Source: Hypanus sabinus (taxonomy: Eukaryota). From it: a stretch of 64,000 nucleotides of DNA. This document shows positions 1 to 10,742 of the stretch, one piece after another. Numbering within the stretch: position 1 is the stretch's first letter; the number at the start of each line of letters is the position of its first letter. The position numbers and the translations under genes are program-made. The notes below the pieces were generated by a model. The model was not told the origin of the DNA. It did no database searches and saw nothing but the letters and a program-made list of their open reading frames with translations. The DNA lies in the NCBI RefSeq assembly GCF_030144855.1, contig NC_082731.1, forward strand, positions 10,540,001-10,604,000, read 5' to 3'.

Positions 1-3000
1 TGTTTTCCGTTATCAATTCCATCACTCTTTGTAGAAGCAGAGTTTTAAAATTTTGCTCAGTGTTTATCTGGAGCCTAGAAACAATATTGGGTATGTGTGT
101 ATATGGCTTTCTGAATTTTATTGGAGAGCGGTTACAAACTGATTACTGTATTATTTCCGAAGCCACCGTACTAGCTAAATGTATTGAGAAGCCACAGGAT
201 AAAATCTCAGTTAAATCAAATGCTTACATTTGTCCACCATCACCGTGAATGTACATTGAATATGCTTGTAACTTTGATTTTTCAACGCAGTACAGGTGGC
301 AGCTCCGTTCACTGAAACAGCTGTATAAGACTACTGCCGCCTCCGCCCAACTATTCTATCTGCCATTCTGTGGTATAATTGTATTCACTAATTCATCCCA
401 TAGTTTTACTTCCTGAAATTTAAGTGAACACCTCCTTCTAAATGCAGTATGGGGCCAACCCGACCTCAGATGTTGCGGTCACCAATACAGAACAGATGAG
501 CGATAACGGATTGCAACTGTAGATGGGTGCGCAGGGGTCACTTATTGCTGCTTCCACATGTTACACTTTTTTACTGGGCAGTTCCTTCATGACACCATGT
601 TGAAGAGAAATAATGAATGTTTCTACAAATCTCCATGTGGTGCTTTGAAGCATCAACCTCGTTACATCAAGACAGTGATAATATGGTACCAAGGATTTAG
701 AAATAGATTAGGCCTTTTGCATGAATAAACATATTTAAAGTCACGGCAATACCATCAATCGAAATTGTTCTTGTTAGACTGTGAAAATTATGAATATTGG
801 TTTCAATTTGTTTTCAAATCTTTCTGCTCTTTAGTCATTTCACTGACGTGGATAGCACGATTAACTTCAAGTGATAATAAAGTATTTCGTTGCGCCCGTT
901 AGAAGATTCGGCAACCTTAAATAGCGCCATGAAATTGGCACGGCTTTATCACGTAACATGGTGTCCAATCTTGGTTCCCTCGTCCGTGCAATTTATTCAG
1001 TCGTTTATCACTAACAGGAATAAATATTCCAGAATGTAGTAAAGAATAAACATGCGAGTAACGAGCTTCGGAGGTAGACAGGGATTTGGGTAAATAAATA
1101 AAAGTTTTGGGCAGTGTGAGAAGTTTCACTTTGTTCTGGAAAGTTGAGAAAGGAATATATAATGTAAGTGTTCTTGTGTTAAGAAGAACTAGGAGGTTAA
1201 AGAATCTGATATATATTGAGTTAACTACTTTGCACGTTTACAACAAGCAACCGAGAGTAAAATTCTGCTCACGGTCTTGGTGGGATCATGATGGTAAATA
1301 GAGCCCCTGCCAAATTCTATGTGGGTCCTCAGTTGGAAAGACAATTGAAATATGTGGGAGGGCCTTTTGATTGATTATCTAGTACACATTGTTTTTAAAG
1401 ATCAACGCTTTAGATATAAAAGACCATAAGACTGTAAGGCATGGAACATATTTCCTCAAAGAATTACAATGTCAAATTTTGTGTGAAATCATCATACATT
1501 CCAAGAGCTTTTTGCAAAGTTGGAATACAAAAGTGATGAATATTATTGTTTGAAGCACTGTTCGTATTTGCATTCTACATTCCGAAAAGTAGGAATTTGG
1601 GGATTTGGTGATGTAACGTAACAAGGTTATTCTGATTTTTTCCCAGAGCAAGGGAGACATTTCTCTTCACATCAATCTCTTCATTTTGTTCTCCAAGCAT
1701 ATGTTGAACATGAAGATATGTTCTGATTTGCGCATTGAATCTACTAACCTTTCCTTGATTAATGCCCAATTCACTTAAATAGAACCTTGTAATTCGTGAG
1801 CCAGAGTTTAGATTCGTAATCTACTGGACAGTGCTGCTTTCAATCTATCCGGTGCCAAGACATCATTTTAAAAGTTATTTTCACTACAACAATCGTAATC
1901 CGAGCAGTTTAAGCAGCATCCATGGAAAGTATAGTCAATGTTCCGGGTTACAGCCATAGATGCTGTCTGGCCTGCTGAATTTCTCCAGCATTATATGTGT
2001 GTTGCTTGGATCTCCAGCATCTGCAGATCTTCGCTTATTTGTGATTGAATCTTTAATCTCAGATCTTCAGAAGGATGACTTACGTCTCAGCGTTAGATTG
2101 TTCCTATATTTCGACAAGTTGGACTGATTTCCAGAGTATATCAGTTTGTAACTACTAACGCCACTGTACCAATGTAAAATTAAAAAAAAACCCTACGATC
2201 TCTCATGATGGGTCAAACAGAATCAAAATCTATAATGATTGCTAATCTGGCTTTTATATACTACGCTTATGATAATAATTTCAAGTCATTTTATTTGATT
2301 GTTAATGTTAATAATCAGAGCTTTTAATTATAATTGAGCTAATAATGCATAATTACACTCATCCGTTCGGCTAGCACATGATTCACTCCCCACCCCCCAT
2401 ACACGCACACAGAATTCTCTGTATTTTTATGTAACTGTGCAAGACCATCCTGAACATCTCCATTGTATCTGTATCTGCCATCAGCCTGAGTCGAGCATTC
2501 CAGACAGACACCACTCTCCATGTCAGACACATGTGCCGCATATCTCTATTCAAATTTCCCTCAAACCATAAATATATGTCCTCCAGCGCACTACACATTT
2601 CGATCCTGTGGAAAATATTTCGGCTGCTTGGTCTTTCTATGCTTCCCAAAAAATTTATAAGTGCTCTCAGATTTTCTATTGCGACTGTAGTCAAGAGTAA
2701 GTAATTTCAGTTTCCCAAGCTCTCCTTATACCCCATACCCTCTAATCCAGGCAGCATTCTCCTAAACCTCTTCTGCATTACTGAAACATTACTTCCTGAA
2801 GCTTGGACACAGTTCTCTGATTAATGAAGGCAAACATGACATTTATCTTCTTTCCTATGCTATCAAATGGGCTGCAACTGTGAGATGTCGACATGGATTC
2901 CCATGATCGCCCCGTACCTCAAAGTTTGAAAGGGTCCTGTCGCTAACTGTGTAAATGGAACTTTACATCTTCAAGAGTGCAGCATCTATATTTGCAGGAC

Positions 3001-3789
3001 TAAAGCTCTGCCTGAGTTTTCTCTGGCCATTTCTGCAACTGATCCATTTTCTGTTCTAACACTTGGCAATCATCTGTATTATCCATAATACCACCTACCT
3101 TCCTGCCATCTACAAACGTACTGTTCCGCACATCCACCATTGTGTTAAAGCGATATGTGTGTATATATAATCACAAACATCGAAAGTCCTAGAACAGAAG
3201 AACATTAGTGACATACTTGCAACTAGAATAAGAGCTATTGTTTACTACTCTGACTTCTGTAGGCAACAGAATTATGAATGGAAACGGCCAAGTCACTCGG
3301 GATGCAGTGCTTCTTAATATTCTATACGTTTCCCAAGAATGGTCTTGTCGAATATCTCACTGAAACTTACGTAGACATATTCTATCTTTATCTGTTCCAA
3401 TCACTTCCATCTTTTCGAAAACCTCAATGATGTTACTCAGACATGATCTGCTTTTGCACAACGCTATACTGACCAAACCTAATTAGGCCATGTTTTTCCA
3501 AATGCTCATAAATTCTGTCCCTAAGAATCATCTTATTAGTTTCCCTACTACGGACATGAGACCCACCAATCTATTATTTCCAGATTATCGCCATCTCCAT
3601 TCTTGGACAAAGGAACAACACTGGCTACTCACACCTTCCTTGAGATGCAAAAATGCAAGTTATACAAAGCATGACGAATTGTAAGTCAACACGGTGCATC
3701 AACAACGATGATGCCCTCCTCAATAGGCTGAATGTCTATCCATGATTTGACCAATAAAATGATGTGACATCAAAGAAAGGTCCCTCTCT

Positions 3790-5300
3790 TTGCGGCGAAT
3801 AGGCACCATGACTGGCGGCAGCTGAGGCGAGGAGAACCCTATCTAGGATAAATCCATGCAATGCTGCAGGTCTGGACAACATACCTGGGCAGGCACTAAG
3901 GATCTGGGTGGCCCAGCTGGCAGGGATCTCAACGGAGATCTTTCTATTTGTCTGAAACTGTCCACTGGCCCTGCACGTTTCCAGGGAACCACCATCATTC
4001 CGATACCCCTGAAAGCAACGATAACTGATGTAAATGACTGTCACCCAGTGGCACTGACTTCAATATCACGAAGCGGTTCGAGCGGCTGAGTAATGGAATA
4101 CATAAAATCCTGCCTCCTAGCTACATTGGACCCTTTCCAGTTCGCCTACAGCTCAAACTGATATGCCATTGATGGTGCCATAGACTCAGCCCGTCTTGTC
4201 CATCTGGAAAAGGATGCATCGTACACAAGAATGTTTTTCATTGACTGCAGCTCGATGTTTAATATCATCATTCCTCAGCAGTTGGTGGCTGCGTTGTCCT
4301 CGTTGGGACTCAACACCCCTCTCGGTAACTGGACTTTGGACGCCTTGATAAAAATACCCCTATCACTCCGTGTTGGCTGGAACATTTCAAGCTCCATCAT
4401 GCTAAGCACTGATGCCCCCATGGTTGTATTCTCAGCCTGCTGTTCACGCTTCAGGCTCACGGCTGTACTGCCTGATTCATCTGAACCCGCATCACCGGCT
4501 TCACTGATGATACTGAAGTGGATGGCTTCATGAGCAACGATCACGAATCAGCATTCAGAGATGGGGTATAGAGGCATGTCAAGTGTTGCTAGAATAACAT
4601 TCTGAGTCTCAAGGAGGATAAGTCAAATTAGATTATTGTGGTCTTCAGGAAGACACAGGTGGACCTCTCTCCATTGCACTCCTTTGGCTGTGCCAAAGCG
4701 ATACAAGAGATACAAGAGCGCAAAGTTTCTCAGTGTGCACATGACTTACTATCTACCCTGGACGTACAACAACTCTTTACTAGTTAGGAAGGCACGGCAG
4801 CTCTTTCATGCGAACTTGAGGCGTGCAAGGCTCCCGCTGCCATTCTAACAGCTTTCTACAGAAGTGCCGTCGATTGGCTGCATCATTGTGTGGTACCAAA
4901 GCTCCAAGGCAACAGGGCGCAAGATCAGAAGACAACAAATCCAGCTGAAAGGATCATTGGGGTCTCCCTCAAGCCACCCCAACTCATATATGATACTTAG
5001 CAGAAGCATAGTTGTGGATCACTACCACCCAACCCACAATCTCTTAGTCCCACTTCCATCCGGACGGAGGTAAAGAAGCGTTAGGAATAGGTCTGCCAGA
5101 CAGGGTAACAGCTTTTTCCCTGAAGACTGTGAGATTTATGAACACTCTGCCACTCCTGAGGTCCCGTTAATAGGACTGAGAGCAGTTTACTGGTTACACG
5201 TGTAGCGTTTTACAACATTCACTTTCAATTATATATTAACTCATTTATAGTATCATACTTTGGTTGACGTGCTGTGTGATATCTGTTATGTTGAAGCACG
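3790..5300 (+). mobile_element. Decayed Rex1/Babar-type LINE (RT to 3' end)
   Basis: Broken ORFs with TIIPIPLK...NDCHPVALTS and FIDCSSMFNIIIP...LGLNTPLGNW...LSTDAP motifs, and the C-terminal LPSGRR motif. Confidence 0.75.
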
Positions 5301-6326
5301 GTTGTCTAACTGTACTGAATGTTATATTATTTGGGTTGTCCAGTCAAATAACAATGAACTTGAACTTAAAGTTGTTGGTGAACGGTAATTGCACCTATCA
5401 CCTCTCTCCAGAAGACTTCAAAGTAGTGATTTTAAAGTGATCTAACGCTACCTATTTCCTTATCAAAATTTCCTACCATCTTAGCAAGCTCCACTCTGAT
5501 CTCACTATCCTGTAAAGATTTCTTCTTGGTGAAAACCGACGCAAAATGCACATTTAGAGCCGCACTGCTGTCTCTCCAAATACATGCTTCCTTCGGAGGT
5601 TGATAATTATTCACATTCTTTGCCCATCTATTTCTTCCCTTCACTTCATAATGAAATGCGTGTCGTATTTTGCCATGTTATTCGGATTTCGAACAAATAT
5701 TTTAAGTAAACAACCTGACAGGAACTGCGTCCCTAAATCGAGCTGTGGTGTTTTCCCTGTTCTGTTGTTCCTGAGCATAAATGACCCGGATTATTGCCCT
5801 AAATTAAGCACATCTGAGTTCTTTTTTCGCAGTAATGTTTTCTGTCTAGCCGAATTCCTCCAGAATCTTGTGTGTTGCTTCGTTATTATGCACAAACACT
5901 GCAAGCGAGGTCACTAAATTCTAAGACACCACCATTGACAATAAACTGAAGGTCAGTTTTCTGACAACGGCTGGCCTCAGATTCATGTTGAATACCAATG
6001 TTAAACAGACGAAGGACCACAAGACAGTAATGTACAACAACAGGAATATTATTTAGTTATTCATGGTGATTAAACGAATGGCTTTTAGTGCATTTGCTGT
6101 CTCTTGGTTACGGTTACTCATGGATGCTTTTAAGACATTTTTGAAGCCCTCTCTAGATAATAAAGCAAAGAAGAATGGAAATACATTCAGTGCCGTTGGA
6201 GATCTTTCTCTATATCTCTATCCATACGGTTGTGCTCATATATTTCAACAATGTAATTATGGAAATATCGGATATAATGTATATCATTAACCGAGCTATA
6301 ATCGCAGTTGATACGCCTTCTGCATT

Positions 6327-6360
6327 ATGCAAATGAGCCCAGACTCTCGAGGCTTATAAA
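6327..6360 (+). promoter_or_regulatory. IgNAR V promoter: octamer ATGCAAAT (6327-6334) and TATA box TATAAA (6355-6360)
   Basis: Perfect octamer in heavy-chain orientation 20 nt upstream of TATAAA; the TATA box ends 90 nt before the leader ATG at 6451. Confidence 0.8.
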
Positions 6361-6450
6361 GTCTTTGCTCCTTCACAAGGTTGCACAGACAGCCCACGCT
6401 GATGACTAGAACTTTCTCTTCTTAACAGGCTTTCTGGTCGTGAAGAAACG

Positions 6451-6493
6451 ATGAATATGTTGTGTATTTTGATATTTTTAGCGTGGTTACCGA
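6451..6493 (+). CDS. IgNAR: IgNAR leader exon (MNMLCILIFLAWLP + first base of N)
   Basis: ATG at 6451, hydrophobic signal peptide resembling shark IgNAR leaders (MNIFLLSVLLAWLP type), phase-1 donor A|GTACGT. Splices in frame to 6622 to give ...LAWLPNGFS-VWVEQTP. Confidence 0.92.
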
Positions 6494-6621
6494 GTACGTG
6501 CTGTTCATTTTTAAAGAGAATTATGATTACTATTTTGCTGTTGCGTAAACAAATTTCATTTTATGTTACATCCTGTGCTGCTTCAGATATGTGATGATTA
6601 AATTTGTTTTCCTCCCTTCAG

Positions 6622-6890
6622 ATGGCTTCAGTGTATGGGTAGAACAGACACCAAAAGAAGCAACAAAACAAACAGGCGAAACTCTGACCATCAACTGTGT
6701 TTTAAAAAATACTACCTGTGAGCTGCAGAGCACACATTGGTACCGCCAAAGACCCGGTCAAACCAATAACGAAACCTTATCGATTGGAGGACGATATGCG
6801 GAATCTCTCAACAAGCCAACGAACTCCTCTTCGCTGCAGATCAGGAATCTAATTGTTGAAGATACAGCCACGTATTTCTGCCGTGCTCAC
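6622..6890 (+). CDS. IgNAR: IgNAR variable (VNAR) gene segment, type II-like (extra Cys in CDR1)
   Basis: Acceptor ttcctcccttcag|. Translation VWVEQTPKEATKQTGETLTINCVLKNTTCELQSTHWYRQRPGQTNNETLSIGGRYAESLNKPTNSSSLQIRNLIVEDTATYFCRAH has VNAR hallmarks (EQTP, GETLTINCVL, WYR, GGRY, short CDR2 region, YFC). No stops. Confidence 0.96.
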
Positions 6891-6928
6891 CACAGGAACG
6901 AAGTTGAGCACAAGCCAATTCAAATACG
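6891..6928 (+). other. V 3' RSS (22/23-class)
   Basis: Heptamer CACAGGA 6891-6897, 22-nt spacer, nonamer TCAAATACG 6920-6928 (6/9 match to ACAAAAACC). Confidence 0.75.
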
Positions 6929-7126
6929 TTGGAAAATCTTTCACGCGAGAAACTATGATTGCTTCGGTTTTTTGGAGAATAAAATTGCTGAGCAGTAACG
7001 TATTACACTGTAGAGCGAGGGTTGGTTTATAAAACGTTAGCGACAGTCACTATGCCGCTCATATCCAAGTGGGAACAGCTGGAGGTGCAGCGTCACTTTG
7101 GTCTTCCAGTGTTGTGCAAATCGAGC

Positions 7127-7207
7127 CATTATTGCTATTGAATGAACCACTGTGCAGATAAAGAATGCCACAGTGATCCAAAGTATGGACTCTGCAATTC
7201 AAAAATC
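7127..7207 (+). other. IgNAR: D1 segment CAGATAAAGAATGC (7155-7168) with 12-RSS 5' and 23-RSS 3'
   Basis: Degenerate nonamer CATTATTGC 7127-7135, 12 nt, CACTGTG 7148-7154; CACAGTG 7169-7175, 23 nt, TCAAAAATC 7199-7207. Confidence 0.9.
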
Positions 7208-7384
7208 ACCAATGCATTTGGTAATTGGAGAAAGGACACTGCTAACCCGTTTCTGAACTGTACAATGCAGACGCTATTTTCGAGGGATTATTGGCGATAA
7301 AATATCTGAGCGGAATAAAAACGGCGTTAAGCAAGATTGTAATTTGCGTCTTGACCACATGATCTAGTATTGATGTACAAGGAA

Positions 7385-7463
7385 CCTTTTTGTACTAGCA
7401 TCAATGACTGTGTCAACAACTGTGCCACAGTGATGAATCTTCAATCGCCATCATGCATAAATC
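7385..7463 (+). other. IgNAR: D2 segment TCAACAACTGTGC (7413-7425) with 12-RSS 5' and 22/23-RSS 3'
   Basis: CCTTTTTGT 7385-7393, 12 nt, GACTGTG 7406-7412; CACAGTG 7426-7432, 22 nt, GCATAAATC 7455-7463. Confidence 0.88.
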
Positions 7464-7773
7464 TCCCCCGCAATTCTTAATGCAAAACTAATGCAAGACA
7501 TTCCTTCAGCGACTAAAACTTTTCACTGCCAAACATATTGCCTCTGCCAGAGACTGGTACGCATAATGGAGCCTAACTCTATATACTTGTGTAATTGCAG
7601 TAGAAATATTATAATCATATGAATAACAAACCTTTGATATTTTCCTTGATATCTGCCTGGCTGAGAGTTATTATCGACGGAAGCCAATAAAACCTTTTCA
7701 TTCATGTCCAGTTCCCTCATATCATGGAGGTATAGGATTACTTGACGGATTTATACACTATTTACAACAGTGA

Positions 7774-7841
7774 GGTTATTGTGCTCATGTAAAATGATGT
7801 GTCAACACAAAGCCACAGCAGTCTAAGCCAAAGCACAAACC
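7774..7841 (+). other. IgNAR: D3 segment TCAACACAAAGC (7802-7813) with 12-RSS on both sides
   Basis: GGTTATTGT 7774-7782, 12 nt, degenerate heptamer TGATGTG 7795-7801; CACAGCA 7814-7820, 12 nt, GCACAAACC 7833-7841. Completes the V23-12D23-12D23-12D12-23J pattern expected for IgNAR. Confidence 0.85.
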
Positions 7842-8154
7842 TCCGGGGCAGTTTTGTTTTGCTCGTCGATTTGTAAATGGGATTACAAACTTTGCATTTA
7901 CGTTCATAGATGTTGCTCGACATAATTTTAAAAAGACACTTCTTCTTTGGGTTGAATTCCACCTACATTCCTTGGTGCTGAATCAACAAATTTCCCGTTT
8001 CAATATCACAAGCCCTTTTAATGCACCGAATATACAGAAGGGCGGATGAAAACTGAAAGAAATTGAGACCTGTTGACCACTAGAATATGTTGTTAAGCCT
8101 TCTGTTTCTGTCTTATTCTGTAAGACCTACCTCTATAATTCACTTTTAATTATC

Positions 8155-8193
8155 ACTTTCTGTATTGGGATGAATAGGAAGTAAATCATTGTG
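8155..8193 (+). other. J 5' 23-RSS
   Basis: Nonamer ACTTTCTGT 8155-8163, 23-nt spacer, heptamer CATTGTG 8187-8193. Confidence 0.85.
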
Positions 8194-8233
8194 GACGTAC
8201 ACGGAGGTGGCACAAAGCTGACTGTGATAGCTG
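8194..8233 (+). CDS. IgNAR: IgNAR J segment (DVHGGGTKLTVIA)
   Basis: GGGT-LTV FR4 motif directly after the RSS; phase-1 donor G|GTAAGT at 8233/8234. Confidence 0.95.
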
Positions 8234-9388
8234 GTAAGTGACATATCTTATTACATTTTGGGCAAGCGCATATGTTTCCCGAATAGAAGGGCAATTAGAA
8301 TCTCACTTAAACTTCAATAAAAAAAGAAACTACAAAAAAAACTCACTTATGTTATGCAAACGGAGTAGTGCACTATCATAATGTACTTTTGCAAATAGAA
8401 AAATGCTAACTCGCTGAGATGTCCCAGAAGAAGTTAAATACGTGCCTTTCCTCCCAAGATAATTCTTTCGTTGGCTTAAAAGAAGAAAATTGAACTTGGG
8501 GTACTTTTACAAATCGAAGCGCATCAATTACCCTCGACCTGCTGCACGCCTGCCCCGACAGTAACTTTAAAGTGTTACCTGATACATTGATATAATGTGA
8601 TTTTTCATATATTTGTATATTTGAGTGCCGATTGGCTTCCCACTGTCGCAGACACGAGCAACATCGCCGTGCGATACCTATATTAGAGAAAACCTCTTTA
8701 TCGGTTGAAATATATGAAGATTTAGTGTGTAAAGTGAACCCAACTACGAAAGAAGTTTGAAGATGAAATAGGTTTCAGTACACAAAGGGGTCGCTAGAAA
8801 TATAAAAGGTATTTTATTAATTTGATGCTTGGCAGGGAATTTGAATTATAAACTCGTAGTGAAAACAACTTGATACATTGCTGGAATAGAATAAAATGTC
8901 TTTTATTTAGAAAGACATATCGTCTTCTAACAACCTCTTAAAATCCGTGCAAGTCTGGAAGTACAGGATGAAACAAATTTTCTCAGACTTGTTTGACTTG
9001 TATAACTTTGGTTATATTTTAATGTCAATTGTCAGAGTGTTCAGGGAGGGGAGAGGTAGGCGAAAGGTGGTTCTGTTCGCAAGGCGAGAAGAGATAATAT
9101 AATAAATGTTATCAATGTTGAATGATAACATAATCAACTTAGTCTGTGAAAGCGGGACACGATAACATTAAGTCCCCACCATCTCGCTGAATGCCTCTAA
9201 GTCAATTGCCAGTTCAAATAAAATGTACACTCCAGATCGTAATACGTGTTATTTCAGGCGTTCAGTATCGCTCAAGATACCAATTATAAAATTGGTATTA
9301 AACAGACTGTATTGCAGTACAAAATATAAAATTGCCGTTAGCTAAACGGTATGCTAAATTATAGTTTGCAATGGAACCGTTGCTGCGA

Positions 9389-9447
9389 AATCAAATAAAT
9401 AAATAGAACGATAGTTCTAATCAAATAAATAAATAGAACGATAGTTC
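9389..9447. repeat. Direct tandem duplication of a 29-nt unit
   Basis: aatcaaataaataaatagaacgatagttc at 9389-9417 and 9419-9447, separated by one T. Confidence 0.95.
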
Positions 9448-10665
9448 CGACAAGTAATTCCTCCCCAGATACAAACTCAAAAGAAAGTAAAGGTCTGACC
9501 CAGAAAAGCGGAGGGAAGCAATTTGCAATTCTACCCATAATTGATGCAATTTCAACTTATTGCTGTTTGTTTGCTTCACCTTTCTTAGTTTTTAACATGC
9601 TGTGGAGCTCCTTTGTCCGAGCTTAGCTGGTTTTAAAAATCCACTGAATCTCATTTTGTTTGTATTTTTGTTGGAACCTAATCCAGCTCTACGTGTTTTG
9701 TTTTTTAAATAGGCAAGTAAAAAAGTCACCTTTGTTAGTATGTAGCGCTGTGTTATATTACTCCATCTGCCCAGCCCATTTTTTCCCAATACTCTAGTAA
9801 TTAATGCAGACCTTCCCCTCGGGTTTTGATCATTTTCATGAAAGGAACTTCTCCGTCGTCAAGCACAGTCGATTCCATGCACTTAACCAAACAATTGGGG
9901 AGGTGAATTTATTGAATACTTCCAAACTAAATCAATGCCCTTTCTATTTTGCTGTGCTAATGACAATCAAAAGGAAACTGTCCGGTACCAGCACCTGTTA
10001 TTCAGTCCAATGAAATGAATGGATGGTTCCTGATCTCCCAGTCGTATCTCAAGATTCCTTCGCTTCGGCAAGTGACATCCCGGGTTTTCTGTCTTGATCT
10101 CAAAAACTCAATGCACGTATTTTATCTTTAGCTTTCCTTCCCTTGTAAATCCAGTGACGTTACAAATAACGCTCTCAGTTAGTGCCCAAGATTACTCATA
10201 AGGCCATGAGTGTGGAGCAGTACTAGGCAGTTCAGCGCATCGGTATGCTCCACCATTATCTGCACGCAAAGACTTATCCAGAATCTATCAACCAGAGCTT
10301 TAAATACTCTCGAGGATCTGGCATCATTCTACACCGTGTAAGCCAACGAAATCCACAGATGCACCACTCTCCGGCTAATAAAAATTTCATCCTCATCTCC
10401 TTTCTAAATGGACGTCCCTCGGTTCTGACGTAGTACCTTCTGATTCTAGACTCGCTCACAAGAGGAATCATATTTTCCTTGTCCACATTATTTAGGCCTT
10501 TCCACACTGGATAGGTTTCAACGTGACCGCCCTCTTAATTTTACTAAATTCCAATGAATAAACGCTCCTGTGATAGACGTTCAAAATCGTAATCACTTTT
10601 GTGAATTTCTTTTGAATTTTCTACAATGTCATCACATTCTTTCTAAGAGGCCTCAAACTGCTCAC

Positions 10666-10742
10666 AATCAAGGATGTAATGCTTTATAAGGCACTGGTAA
10701 TGAGGCCTTACCAGTGCCTTATAAAGCATTACATCCTTGATT
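10666..10742. repeat. Perfect inverted repeat, 35-bp arms, 7-nt loop
   Basis: aatcaaggatgtaatgctttataaggcactggtaa (10666-10700), loop tgaggcc, exact reverse complement at 10708-10742. Confidence 0.95.

Noticed and set aside
6591-6998. Reading the V as a NAR-TCR V, or taking the whole 135-aa ORF as a protein
   Set aside because: The J is followed by IgNAR-type C exons, a secretory tail and Ig TM exons, with no supporting TCR V or TCR C. The ORF simply runs through intron, RSS and spacer.
7006-7054. CACTGTA and CACTATG as a fourth D segment
   Set aside because: No nonamer at 12 or 23 spacing and no downstream CACAGTG partner.
7418-7424. Nested heptamer AACTGTG inside D2 as an alternative 23-RSS sharing the upstream nonamer
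   Set aside because: Spacing to the good nonamer is 24 nt and it would leave a 1-nt D; chance is more likely.
8528-8595. ITLDLLHAC... as a C1 remnant
   Set aside because: Only LLH resembles C1; no acceptor, core Cys/Trp spacing or downstream motifs.
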